A stretch of 49,103 nucleotides of DNA from Moniliella sp. 'wahieum'. Lineage: Eukaryota. Shown here one piece after another: positions 36,383 to 47,762 of this stretch (its first letter is position 1; every line of letters starts with the position of its first letter). The stretch lies in NCBI GenBank assembly GCA_003971905.1, contig RSEE01000059.1:372001-421103 (forward strand), written 5' to 3'. Below the pieces are notes generated by a model. It saw nothing but the letters and a program-made list of their open reading frames with translations. It made no database searches and was not told the DNA's origin. The translations under genes and the position numbers were made by a program.

Positions 36383-38139
36383 ATGAAGCTCGCTTTGTTT
36401 GGTGCGCTCCTTTGCGCCGCTGTGGGCCATGCCGCCCAGATCCCCCTGGGCATGGCCGCCCCGAACCCCCTACCACCGGCTTCCGCATCCTATCCAACGA
36501 TGCGCTCCCCGCCCACCAGCTCCGCGTCAAGGAGGTGCCGGGCTACCTGTGCGACCCTTCGGTCCGCAGCTTTAGCGGCTACATGGATGTGGATGTGGAC
36601 AAGCTGCGTCAGCACTACCAGACTTCGACGTTCGGTGTGGAGTCGGTGCCCTCGGCGGACGCCGTGGAGGCTCTGGCCGAACTCGAGGCGGCCCCGCGTG
36701 GCACGATTGAGCACTTTTACTTCTGGGCGTTTGAGAGCCGTGACAAGCCCGAGCAGGACCCCCACGTGCTCTGGCTTAACGGTACGTATGACTCTCGATG
36801 CACCCAAGTAGATGACTGACATGCCCTTCTCTGTAGGTGGACCCGGCTGCTCCAGCTTTACTGGTACGTTTTTCCCACCCCCTGGTTTTGAGTGTCACCC
36901 GAGATGAAGAAGTGTACTAACTGCTAGGACAGGTCTTTTGATGGAGCTGGGCCCGTGCAACGCAGCTGACCCCGCTAAGAAGGGGTACAACCAGACTGCC
37001 GAGTACAACCCCTATGGCTGGAATGCGCGTGCCAACATGATTTTCCTCGACCAACCGGTCGGCGTGGGCTTTAGCTACGTGTCCTGGGCGGATCCCAACC
37101 GCAAGGACCCGGCCCCCGGTCGCATTTACTCGACTTCGGCCGCGGCCCGCGACGCTTCGGCGTTCCTGCACCTCGTCACTGCCCATGCCAAAGAGATCTT
37201 TGACCGCCCCACTGGCATCTCTCAGTTCCACATTGCAGGCGAGAGCTTTGCTGGGCGCTACATCCCGCTGATTGCAGCTCAGACGTTGCGGGACAACAAG
37301 GCGTGGTCGCAGACGGAGACCGGGCTGCCCGCCGTGCCGCTGAAGAGCGTGGCGATCGGGAATGGGATCACCAACCCGATCAGCAGCTTTTCGGCATACT
37401 ACACATATGCCTGCACGGATGCCGTTGCCGATGGTCCTTTCCTGGATGCCAAGACGTGCCAAGGCATGAAGAAGGCGTTGCCCGTCTGCCTCGACCTGAC
37501 CCGGAAGTGCAACCAGATTGGCACCAACTTGGCGTGCAGCACGGCCGCCACGTTCTGCGAGGGCGCGCTGTCGAGCAAGTGGGACTTGACCAACTCGTCC
37601 ATTTACGATTACAAGCACTCGCCGCCCGAGTATGCCGAGGAGGAGTGGGTCAAGCACCTGCTCAACCTGCCCTCGACGCGGGCCGCACTGGGGATTGACG
37701 CGCACTGGCCCGGGGTGGACCGGTCGGGGGAGTTTGTGGGGTGCAGCGACACGGTCGGGGAGCAGTTTGACAGCACGGGCGACGGGGCGCGCACGTCGGT
37801 GTGGGCGGTGCAGGAGCTGCTGCGGCAGGGCATCCGCGTGCTGTCGTACGGCGGCAAGCGCGACTTTATCTGCAACGTGTTTAGCCTCGGGCCGGAGCAC
37901 GGCTGGACGCAGGTGCTGGAGTGGGAGTACGGCGACGAGTTCCGTGCGCAGCCGTTGGTCGACTGGCTCGAGACGGCGACCACGGGGAGGCGCGGGTGGC
38001 CGGGCAGTACAAGACGTATGCCAACCTGTCGTTTGCGTCGGTGGACGAGGCGGGGCACTTTGTGCCGCGCGACCAGAGTGCGGCGGCGCAGGTGCTGATC
38101 AACCGCTGGCTGCACGAGCCGGGCGACGGCAGCTTCTGA
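36383..38139 (+). CDS. Serine carboxypeptidase S10 (carboxypeptidase Y-like)
   Basis: Signal peptide MKLALFGALLCAAVGHA; SFSGYMDV; HFYFWAFESR; WLNG|GPGCSSFTG|LLMELGPC over introns 36782-36836 and 36864-36932; FLDQPVGVGFSY; catalytic GESFAG, KRDFICN and AGHFVP. Confidence 0.96.
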
Positions 38140-38418
38140 GGGCGTACAAGTAGCGTTGCGATCGACATGAATGGCCGCCACACCATCCTGCCTGCTGGGG
38201 CGGCGGGCAGCGGGGGCAGATAGAGCATTCAATAGGGCGTGGCCGGGAGCTGAGGCTCAGCGGGCAGGCTGCGATCTCGGACTCAGATGGCAGATGGAAC
38301 AGCCAGCGTGTGTTTTGAAATTGGAGGTGTGATGCATCCAGCATGGCTGGCCGATGCAGAGGCACGCGGCAGCAGGCAGCACAGGCTGCAGTGCGCTGCA
38401 GTGCGGGAGTATGCTTGG

Positions 38419-38603
38419 CCACGTGGCATGCAGCACTGGTGGGCACGGGGCGCTGTGGCGGCTGGGGCCGCTGCGGGTGGCTGCCCTGGCGCTGACTCGC
38501 AGGGCGCTGCGCTGGGGTGCGCTGGGAGGCAGACACGGGGCCAGCCACACCAGCCAGCACCAGCCAGCGCCAGGCCAGCCCCCCCCAAAACATGCCACGT
38601 CAG
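38419..38603. promoter_or_regulatory. Two UPRE-like boxes: TGCCACGTGG (minus, 38419-38428) and TGCCACGTCAG (plus, 38593-38603)
   Basis: CCACGT-core elements resembling the XBP1/Cib1 binding site, about 250 and 75 nt upstream of the bZIP ATG. Confidence 0.6.
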
Positions 38604-38670
38604 CGCCCCCCCCGCTCGCCTGCTTTGCTTTTTCCCTCTCCTGCCCGCCACCTCCACCGCCGCCCCCACC

Positions 38671-39992
38671 ATGTCGCCCCCTCCCGCCGACACGGGCGGG
38701 CTGGCTGCCTTGGCCAATGCGTCGGCACACGCCGCCCCGTCGGCAAGCCGTCCCATGCATCCGCCGCCGCTCCATCCAGCCCCCACCGCCAGCGCTCGTC
38801 CGCGCCCGCCTCCGAGCCGGAGGGCAAGGCTGCGTCTGGGTCTGGGTCTGGTCTGGGTCTGCGTCCGCGTCGGCGGCCCAGCCTCCGCCTACCTCCCCGT
38901 CCCATCGCCCTCCTCCCGCCGCCTCGCAGCCCCCCGTCGACGGTGGATGCCGCGTCGGCATCAGGCTCCCCGCCCGTCGGGGTGGTCCGCAAGCGGCCCG
39001 AGCCGCCCAAATTCCCGAGGACCCTGCCCAGTTCAATCTGACGCCGTCCAACAAGAGGCCGAAGCCCATGACGCAGGAGCGGATCGCGCGTCTGGAGGCA
39101 CGGCAGGCGCGCAATCGCTTGTCGGCCCAGGTCAGCCGGGAGAAGAAAAAGTCCTACGTGTTGAACCTCGAGATGCAGCATGCTGAGCTCGCTCGTCACA
39201 ACGCCGAGCTGTGGCACAAGATGCAAGACAACGAGGCGCGTCTGCACATGATCAGCGTGCTGCTCTCGTCCGAGGATGATGCGACAGAAAAAGTCCGACA
39301 GATCTCTGCCTGTTTGGCCAGTGGGCCCACCGGCGCTCCTCACCCTAACCCCGCGACCGTCGTGGGCCGCCTGCCTCCCCTCGCAGGCCGGGCAGCGCTG
39401 CTGCTTCACCCGTGTCCCCCTCCTCAATTACTGACGCCCCCCTGCCGAACGTTGCCAAACCAACCTCGTCGCCCACACCTCCCCTTCCGCGTCCAGCGCG
39501 ACAGAGGTGCCTCCCTCGGTGCCTGCAAGCACATCCGACGACGGCAGGGCGCACCCAGATCCCAAGCCAGCCGGCGATGAGGCCAAGGAATCGAGCGCTC
39601 GCCTTCCACCAGCGAAGGCGACACCCAGCAGCGGGCGCTCTTCCTCGGACCTTGCCGCCGACACGGCTTCGGGAGATGGTGCAGCGCCTCGGAAACCGCC
39701 GTGCCGGCGCCGTCTGAGAGGTTTTTGTCTACCACGTTCTTGGGGACTTGGCCCGGCACTGGCGCAGGCTGCGCTTGCCCCCCTCGCGCGGGACGCGAAG
39801 GAGGATGCATGTGCCCCCCAGCGGAGCCGGATTTGGGTCTGGCTAGGTCCCCCCCTCCCCCCCATGCGTCGAGGCTTGTTTCACTACTTTCCCCCGGTGG
39901 GTGGATTCGTGGCTCGAGTCGTGCGTGACTGGGCTCGTGTGCCTCCAGGGATGGCTCTTGGCACCCCGAGCCAGTCTTGCTGGACTCGCTGA
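38671..39992 (+). CDS. cib1: HAC1/XBP1-like UPR bZIP transcription factor (Cib1-like)
   Basis: Basic region ERIARLEARQARNRLSAQVSREKKKSYVLNLE closely matches the Ustilago maydis Cib1 basic region as recalled (ARLEARQARNRLSAQYSRERKK), followed by a zipper. The 3' end is uncertain because of indels and unconventional splicing. Confidence 0.75.
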
Positions 39993-40241
39993 GCTACTAC
40001 CTTTCTCTCCTTTGTTTTCCTGGACCCTGAGCCGCGTTCTCTTCGGGGATCGGAGGGCTGCCTGTCTTGTACTTCTATGTTGTTCAATTTTTTTTGGTTT
40101 GCCTAGATCTGCGTGGGCTGTAAAAGCTGTAGATGAATCCTTGCCTCCCAGGGGAGGATAACAAGAGAGCAGAGGCCGAGGGTCGTGGGTTCGATATGGA
40201 TCCGGAACGGAAGCAGACGGGAAACAAAAGGGGGTATGTGG

Positions 40242-42053
40242 TTAGCCTAGACAAGGCAAAAAGTTGGCCACCACCAAGCAAGGCAGATCAAACACGTCCC
40301 GTTGATCGAGTAGCACACTGCGCAGCGCATCATTCGGCCCTGGACCGGTCGACCCTCGGGATCGTGCGAAGGCGCCATGCGGACATTGGCCACGGTCATG
40401 ATGGACTGGTGCGTGTTTTCAAACGCATGCAGCGCAAACTTTTCCCAATAGTCCAGTGCCGAGTCTTCGTCAAACAGCTCATAAATGTGCTTGCCCACAA
40501 GCTCTTGCCGCGGCCACTTGGTCAGCTTGGAAAATTCGGCACCCCTGCACAGATTTCACACGTCCGCCGCCACACTAGCGTTGGTGTGCCGGAAAAGGAG
40601 ATGAGCTTTTCAAATTCGAGCACGGTGCGTTGGATGCTCCGTTCGACAAACACTTCGTCCTCCTGCGTCATGGGCATCTGCAGCGCAATCAGCGACGGGC
40701 GGAACAGCGCCAAGGCCCGCACGATCCGCAGCACCGCCGCCTGATCAAAGTTCTCCGTCGCATACTTGAGCAAAAAATGGTAACCTTCCGTGTAATGAAA
40801 CGGCTTGATTTCCTTCATGTAGATCGCACGCACACGTTGCTGCCAGTGCGCATCGAGCGCACGGGCATGTGCTTGCGCATGAGCTTGCGCATGCGCCGGA
40901 GGCGCGCCGCCGGGCACACCCGTACTCACTTCACCTCCCCGCGCCGCCGCGTGCATCCCGCCTGGCACTGCACCCACCACATTCTCCTCCGCCCCCGTAC
41001 GCGCCCGACGCCGTTTTCTCCTCCGTCGCCCCTCGCCCGAGTCCGAGTCCGAGGCCGAGAGCGAGTCGGGGTTGGGATCGGGGTCGTGATCGTAGTCGTG
41101 GGCAGGCGAGAGCTCGTCGGCATTGCTCAGGGGCGCGCCGGTAGCGCCAGAACCGGTGCTGGGCGGGTCGCTCATATGGAGCGCACTTGCCGCGCCGGCT
41201 GGCAGGCCAGGGAAGGATGCCAGGCCGGCCACGACAGGGTCCGAAAACGCATTGGGCGGCACGCCCGTGGGAGGGTGCCGGTAGGTGGATTGCCATTGCC
41301 CGTGCCATTGGCATTGACATTGGCATTGGCATTGCTACCGGCACTGCCATTGTTGTTGCCGCCCAACATAAAGGAAAGAATGTTGTACTCCAACGCGGAC
41401 GTTTCCGCGCCAAAGGGCACCTCGTTGCCAGTCAAGACGGCCTGGATGAGATGCGACATGTCGTCGTCGGTCATGCCGTTGCTGGGCGGCACGGCAGGCG
41501 GCGGCTGCCACGAGGAGGCACGTTGAGCGCAGACCAGTAGCGGGCGGCGCCGCCGGCGGGGGGGTACTCGGCGTCGCCGGCGGCCGAGGTGGAGGGGTCG
41601 ACGGACCAGTAGTTGGAGCCGATGAGCGGGGGGGGCGCGTGGGCGCGGGCGGGAGGCGGGGCAGGGCGTGGGCAGGGGCGTGGGCAGGGCGTGGGCAGGC
41701 GCCGGGGCAGGCGCCGGGGCAGGCGCAGAGGCGGAGGCGGAAGCCGAGGCGGACGCAGAGCCAGGCGCCGAGGCAGGTGCGGGCGCGGGCGCGGGCGCAG
41801 ACGCCACACCCGACACGGGGGAGCCAAAGTCGGCGAGGAGGTACTTGCGGTCTTGCGGGTGCCGGGCGGCACTGGTCCTGGATGCCCTTGCGGAGGCAGC
41901 GCTGGCAGGGGCGCGTCCTGGCAGGTGAGGTGGGCCTTCTGGCAGGGCAGGCAGGCGTGGGTGGTTTTGCGCCGGCGCACACGCCGCTCCTTGTCGGAGC
42001 TGCCGGCAGCTGCCGGGCGAGGCGGGGGGGGAGTGCGCACGCGGCTCGTCCAT
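40242..42053 (-). CDS. ERT1: Zn2Cys6 transcription activator of gluconeogenesis Ert1/AcuK
   Basis: HACLPCQKAHLTC..RPCQRCLRKGIQDQC; KPFHYTEGYHFL; FRPSLIALQ; FEKLISFSGTPTLVWRRT; PAS-like C-terminus RDVFDLPCLVVANFLP. Confidence 0.92.
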
Positions 42054-42595
42054 GGCAGAGCACCGTCGCGTACAGCCGAGCGATCGCCGATGGTGGTTGG
42101 GTGCGGCCGCGGCCAGAGTGCGGGGTAGCCCGTAGGCGGGCGGAAGCGCTCCGTTCAGTTGAACATTCAATTCGCCCAACCAGCCGCCGGCGCTGGTTCC
42201 GCCGCGGGCTGGCTCTGTCGAGGACCACAGAGCACTGGCTGACTCAGTCGTGAGGCAAGGCTCCCTCGATGTGGCGCTTGGGCCAGTGCGGGGTTCACGC
42301 TCATCGATCATCGCTCGTTTCCCCACACTGCGCAGCTGCCAGGCACACGACGTATGACCTAAGCAGCCCGCTGCCCCCGTCCCGCCGTTCCAGCCGCCGC
42401 CCCAGCGACGGCCGAGCCCACTTTTCGACGCGGCGGGTCGACGCAGCCGTTTGCTGGGCTGCTGTGCGCACCCTTGCGTGCCTCGCCGCCACCACCGCCA
42501 CCGCCACCTGCCACCTCCCCACCACCCCCCCACTACCCCCCCCCCCTATTACTCCTCACCGTAGGCTGCGTGGTCTGTGATCACCCGCGGCGGCC

Positions 42596-45500
42596 ATGGC
42601 CCAGCATCAGGCCTACCCCTTCTCCCTCTTCCCGAGCGCTGCCGCCGCCCCCACGCCGCATCCAACACCCCCGCCCCCCCCCCCGCCATGTACCAACCGC
42701 CCCCCGCGAGCCAGTGGCCCTCGGCGCCCCCCGCCTTCCCCCAACCCGACTTTGCCTCGGTCCTCCCCGGCTTCGCAGCCGGCCTCGCTTCGGGCAGCCC
42801 CAGCAGCCCCCTCCGACACCCCAGCAACCCCAGCAGCTGCAACAGCAACCCCAGCAGCAACTCCAGCAGCCACCTTCCCCAACCCTGCTTTACTCGCCGC
42901 CATGATGGGCCTTCCACCAGGCACCCAGCTGCCTCCGGCACAGCAGCAGTTCATCCTCCAACAGCTGCGCCTGCGCCAGCAGCAGCAGCAGCAACCACAA
43001 CCACAGCAACAACAACAACAACCCCAGACACAACCACCACCACCACCACAACAACAACAGCAGAAACAGAAAGGTACCTTTGCCGCTGGCATCGGCACCC
43101 CAGGGACGACGGCAAGTATGCCTGGATCCCCCTGCGTCGAGTATGTCCTCGGCAGCACTGCCTGGACTGTCAGCCCAGATACAGCCCACCGGGTTGAACC
43201 CCCAGATGCTCAACTCTCCCTGGGCCTCCGCGGCGCAGCAACCGCTTCAGACGACTCAGAACTCGAATCAGTCACCTTCATCCGCGGCACAAATGCCATC
43301 GCAACCGGCGCCAGCCCAGCCGCAGGCACGATGCCCACCACCCAAGCAGCCCAACCGTTCCCTCAGAACTTGGCCGCCAACAACATGGCGTTGCTCGCAC
43401 AGCGTGCTACCGGCAGTCCGACCAAGGTCAAAACCCATTTGCTGTGCTCTCGAATCAAGTTGGAACTCCTGCCCAACAGCAGAGCACGCCGATCCCGGCC
43501 TCTGCTCTACCTCTGGGGCCAAATGGGACGCCCCTGGCTACCTGGTTGTCGAGCAGTGCCAATCTTCAGCGAGCTGTATGTTTTCCTCTGATTTTTCTGT
43601 TTTCTTGCTGAGGTGGTACGCTAACATTTCTCAGCGTGCTCTGCCAACGCAAGCTCAAACACAGGCGCAACCTTCAATTCAGTCATCCCAGTCTGCAAGC
43701 TCCCCGCTACTGTCACAATTTACGCAGCAGCAGCAGCAGCAGTCAGCCGGCCATGCTCAGCGCACCCCCCAATCCCAGCCCGCCCAAACACAGCGGACCT
43801 CTCCTTCCTTGCCGACAGATGCGACGACGGCAACAGCTACGCAGCAGCACAATTTGCTCTATGCCCGCATGATGGAGCTTAACCAGCAGATGGCCCAGCA
43901 ACGCGTCCAGCTCAACGAAGTCAAACCAATGACGAGCGCGGCCAACTGGAACGTCAAATTTCGGAGAAGAGGAACATGCTGTCCACCTTGAGCACCCAGG
44001 TGATGCAGTCCCGTAACATGGCGCTCCAGGCTCAGGCTCAAAACCCGGGTCCATCGGCGCAGCCCACCCCGCCCAACCAGCCCAATCAGTCGAATCAGTC
44101 GGCTCAGCCTCCGTCGGCACCGGCCATGGCTGACTCTGCGGCGACTCTGACCCAACAGCAGCAGGCCATGGCTGCTACTCTCCAGGCAAAAAGAGCTACT
44201 CTGACCGAGGATCAGTTTCAGCACATTGCCTCGCAGGTCCTCGCCACAAAGGGATCCGTTTGGCCGACCGATCCAAGAGTCAACAATGTCCCCGTCAACC
44301 TGTTCCGACTGTACAAGACCGTGGCAGAATGCAATGGCTCGGATGCCGTGACTGCGGCCGACGGGTGGCCAATGGTGGCCACCATGCTGGAACTGGTGCC
44401 CGCGCCCCCAGGGTCCCAGGCTGTCCCCCCCCCCGCCGCTCGGCAGGTGGCTCCGCACCTGATGCAGCTGTACAACCAGTACGTTAAGCCGTTTGAGGAT
44501 GTATGGAAGATGTTGGTGCGCAAGCACATGAGTACCGCCCGCGTGCAGCAACAACACAGCCTCTTCAGCCCGCTCAGCCCGCTCAGCCCGGTCAGCCCGC
44601 TCAGCCCGCTCAGCCCGGTCAGCCCGCTCAGCCCGCTCAGCCCGTCAGCCCGGTCAGCCCGCTCAGCCCGTCAGAAGGGTCAGATGGGCTCACCCGTGCG
44701 TCCTCCCCAGTCCGCCACTGCCCTCGCCTCCCAGTCCGAGCAGGCCCAGCAGCCACCTCAGCCGTTCGCTTCGGCGGCCATGCCTGAGCAGTTCCAAGCC
44801 TTACTGAAGAATGTCCAACAAACGCTTTGCTTCAGCAACAACAACGACAACAGCCGCAGCAGCAGCAACAGCAGCGGCAGCAGCAACAACGGCACCCTCA
44901 GCAATCACATTCTCAGTCTCAGCCGCAACACGCTCCGCAATCGCAGATTGTCGCAGCCCCAACTCAGCTGTCTTCTTCTTTCCAGCCGGGCGCCCAGCCT
45001 TCCCAATCGCTACGGCCAGCGGCGCAGGCACCAGGACTTGCACTACCTAGTGTCCCGGAACGATGGTTGTACCTGGGGCGCCTGGCGCAACTGGACCTGC
45101 CGCCAGTGTTCCAGGCTCGTCTGCTCGTTCAGCCACATCTGCCGGGCCTCCCCAGACACCCACAATCACCCCGGAGATGGTGGAAGAGGGCCGTCGGGCG
45201 GCCCAGATGATCGAGGAGGCGGTGCAGCGGGAAGCCGAGGCGCGGCCCTTCCAGCCAATTGCGGACATGCCCGAGTCGGAGAAGATCAAAGTGTTTCACT
45301 CTCGTTTGGCCAACTTCGGCCGCTGACCATGATGGCGCGCGCGATGCAGCCGCTGCTGTCCGCCATTAATCCGCGCGGCCAAGTGACCAAGTCCCTGGCC
45401 CAAATTCTGCTCTTGCTGCGAGAACAGATCCGCTTGGCCCCGCAGGGCATCTTCATCATCCGCTATGCGGATCTGGAGCAGCGTATGCAACAGCTTCGTC

Positions 45501-46816
45501 GCATCATCCAGGTTATCGGAGCCAGGGCACCCGACCAGGCCAGGCAGATTAGCGCCAGGGTCAGTGCTGCACTTGGCATTTCTCCTGCCCCGCCGGGGCA
45601 GCCGCCGTCACAACGCCAGCCCCATGCGCCTGCAACTCAAGTCGACGCGCAAGCGCAGGCGCAGGCAGCTCCCGCCCAGGCCCAGGCCCAGGCCCAGGCT
45701 CAAGCTCAGGCTCAGGCTCAGGCTCAAGCTCAGGCTCAGGCTCAGGTTCAGGTTCAGGCGCAAGTGCAGGCTCAGGCACAGGCCCAAGCTCAGACCGCTC
45801 AGGTTCAGGCTCACGCCCAAGCTGCCCATGCTCAACCTCAAGCCCCGGCCCCGACCCAAGCCCAAGCCGAGGTCCACGCCAGAGCCCAAGCCCTACCCCA
45901 AGCCCAGGCGTCGCAGCACAACACAGCCCAATGGCAGGGCACGCCTACTTTGGCGTCCAAACGTGCGTCGCTGTCAGCCGAAACTGGCAAATCGGCGTCG
46001 AAGCGCGGACGCAAACCATAGTACCGCCACTCTGCCCTCCACTGGGGCCGCAGCACCCCCAACGCACCCCCCCGGCAGGGCCTGTCTCGGCAGCTAACGA
46101 ATCGCCCGTCCGAGGCAAGCGTGGCCGGGGAGGAATGCGTGGCGGCCGCGGTGGCCGACGTGGATCCAAGGCTCACGCCCCGTCCCAATCCGGTCCTTCC
46201 ACCTCCAGCCCCGCTGCCGTCGCCGCTTCCTCCCCCCGCCTCACTCGAGTGGGATGAAAGCGCACGTGGGCGTGCCGGACGTGGCCGCGGCCCAGGCCGC
46301 TCTCCGGCAAGCCTCCCAACCGCTCCCCAAGGCGCCCGCTGCCATGGTCTCTTTTGTGCTCTCGGGCCTGGCCCAAACCAAGAACCAGCCCACCCCGCCC
46401 TTGGAACCCGCTTCTCTGGGCAAGCTCGTCAGCCATTTCGAGTCGGGGGCGGGGAGCCTATCGGTTGAGGATCTGACGACGGCCAGGGCCGCGGCAGGGG
46501 CGCGGCTGCCGATGAGATTGAGATCCTGAATTACCTCACGTTCGAAGCGGATGTGATGGATCGGGACTTGGACGATGCTGCCTTGGCCCCGGCGACGCGT
46601 AGCTTCGATGCCCAGCCGGGCGTCTCAGGCCCAGGCCCGGGCCTCTGCACCGCCGACCTTTTAGCCGCCGGCCTCGCCTTGAGTTCCTCGGACGAGGTAG
46701 ACCCGTCTCCTTTCGACTTTGCTCCTTTTCCTCGCGGGACAGCGAACCCTCCCGAGGACGCTTGGTGGGACACGAAGCATGTCCCGCAAGAACAACACCT
46801 CGCTCTCCTGCCCTAG
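42596..46816 (+). CDS. Large Gln/Pro-rich nuclear protein with ARID domain
   Basis: ARID-like [41 protein letters not shown]...[16 protein letters not shown]; polyQ and QA tracts; intron 43576-43634 (GTATGT..GCTAAC..CAG). Many indels. Confidence 0.75.
44567..44670 (+). repeat. Coding 9-mer repeat CAGCCCG(C/G)T (QPA/QPG)
   Basis: Directly visible inside the ARID gene. Confidence 0.85.
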
Positions 46817-47665
46817 CTCCCCTCTCCCCCCCCTGTGCTCTAAGGCGTGAGGCTCAAGTGCTCACCCCTTCTCCCTTTTTCTATCTTGCTAGGGAGAGGC
46901 TAATAGATACCGCGTGAAACAGGCGACGAATGACCGCCTTGATCCGTCCCCCCCCCCGCGCCTCCCCACCTGTACGTTCCCAACTTATCTGGTTGCCACT
47001 TCTCTTTGCTGTGTTTTCGTTAGGCACGTTCGTCGATCGGTACCTGCTCTTGCCCCTTGGATATGGACAGCTATGTATCTATTCTGGTGTGCTTGGCTTG
47101 GGCGCAGGGTTGCAGAACGGACCAACGCAGCGGGAATGGTGGAATGGATGCCAGGGTTTCCGAAACAAGGCCTTGGATGCAGATGGTCGATGACACCCCC
47201 AAAGCCCACTCAGTTGCGTGCTTGCGGTTGCGGTTGCATCGGCTGTCGACCGCAATCCGCCGCTGCTCATTTTGGCCACCCCATACGACCAACCTACCAA
47301 GTAAGAAGCGCAGGAGGACGCGCTGGGAAGTATCGTGCTACCTACCTCCGACTCACTCGTTCTCAGAACTCGACGCTGAAGAACGTTCGGCGTCCGACAA
47401 CATGTCAACTACGTTCAACTGATGCATGCCAGTGGGCATGACTGCTGTAATGAGGTGCAGTCGAATGGATTTTGGCCCACGCACCCATCTACCCCCACCC
47501 TCTTTTTTGATTGGCCTGATCAGCTCGTGAAGTCGATCTGTCATAGAGGGAGGGAAGACTGGGAGGCAGTGGATACGTTGTGAAGGAGAAAGGCAAGATA
47601 AACCAAAGAACGAAACATCGAAAGAAAGGAAAAGCGCATATACAGCCGAAACAGACTGACTATAT

Positions 47666-47762
47666 GGCAATGTGCCCGAGCGGTTAAGGGGATTGATTAG
47701 AACGATTGTGACTAACCATCAATTAGGCTCTGCCTGCACAGGTTCGAATCCTGTCATTGTCG
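47666..47762 (+). tRNA. tRNA-Ser(AGA) with 15-nt intron (47703-47717)
   Basis: Acceptor GGCAATG/CATTGTC; anticodon stem ATTGA/TCAAT with TT-AGA-A, intron at 37/38; long variable arm AGGC-TCT-GCCT; T arm ACAGG-TTCGAAT-CCTGT; poly-T terminator. Confidence 0.93.

Noticed and set aside
10870..38145. Stop-codon read-through (TGA CTA) cryptic PTS1 extensions
   Set aside because: The stops I could place (AAT, RNase H1, RPS30, AAH1, carboxypeptidase) are not in a TGA-CTA context.
40198..40220. GGATCCGGAACGGAAGCAG resembling SRP RNA helix 8
   Set aside because: No supporting helices, Alu domain or Pol III terminator; it lies in convergent 3' UTRs.
3005..46816. Frameshifts in nearly all genes read as pseudogenisation or programmed frameshifting
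   Set aside because: They also hit essential conserved genes (RPP1, RPS30, AAT, DOA10), are mostly 1-2 nt deletions without in-frame stops, and no slippery-site pattern was seen. Assembly error is the simplest explanation.
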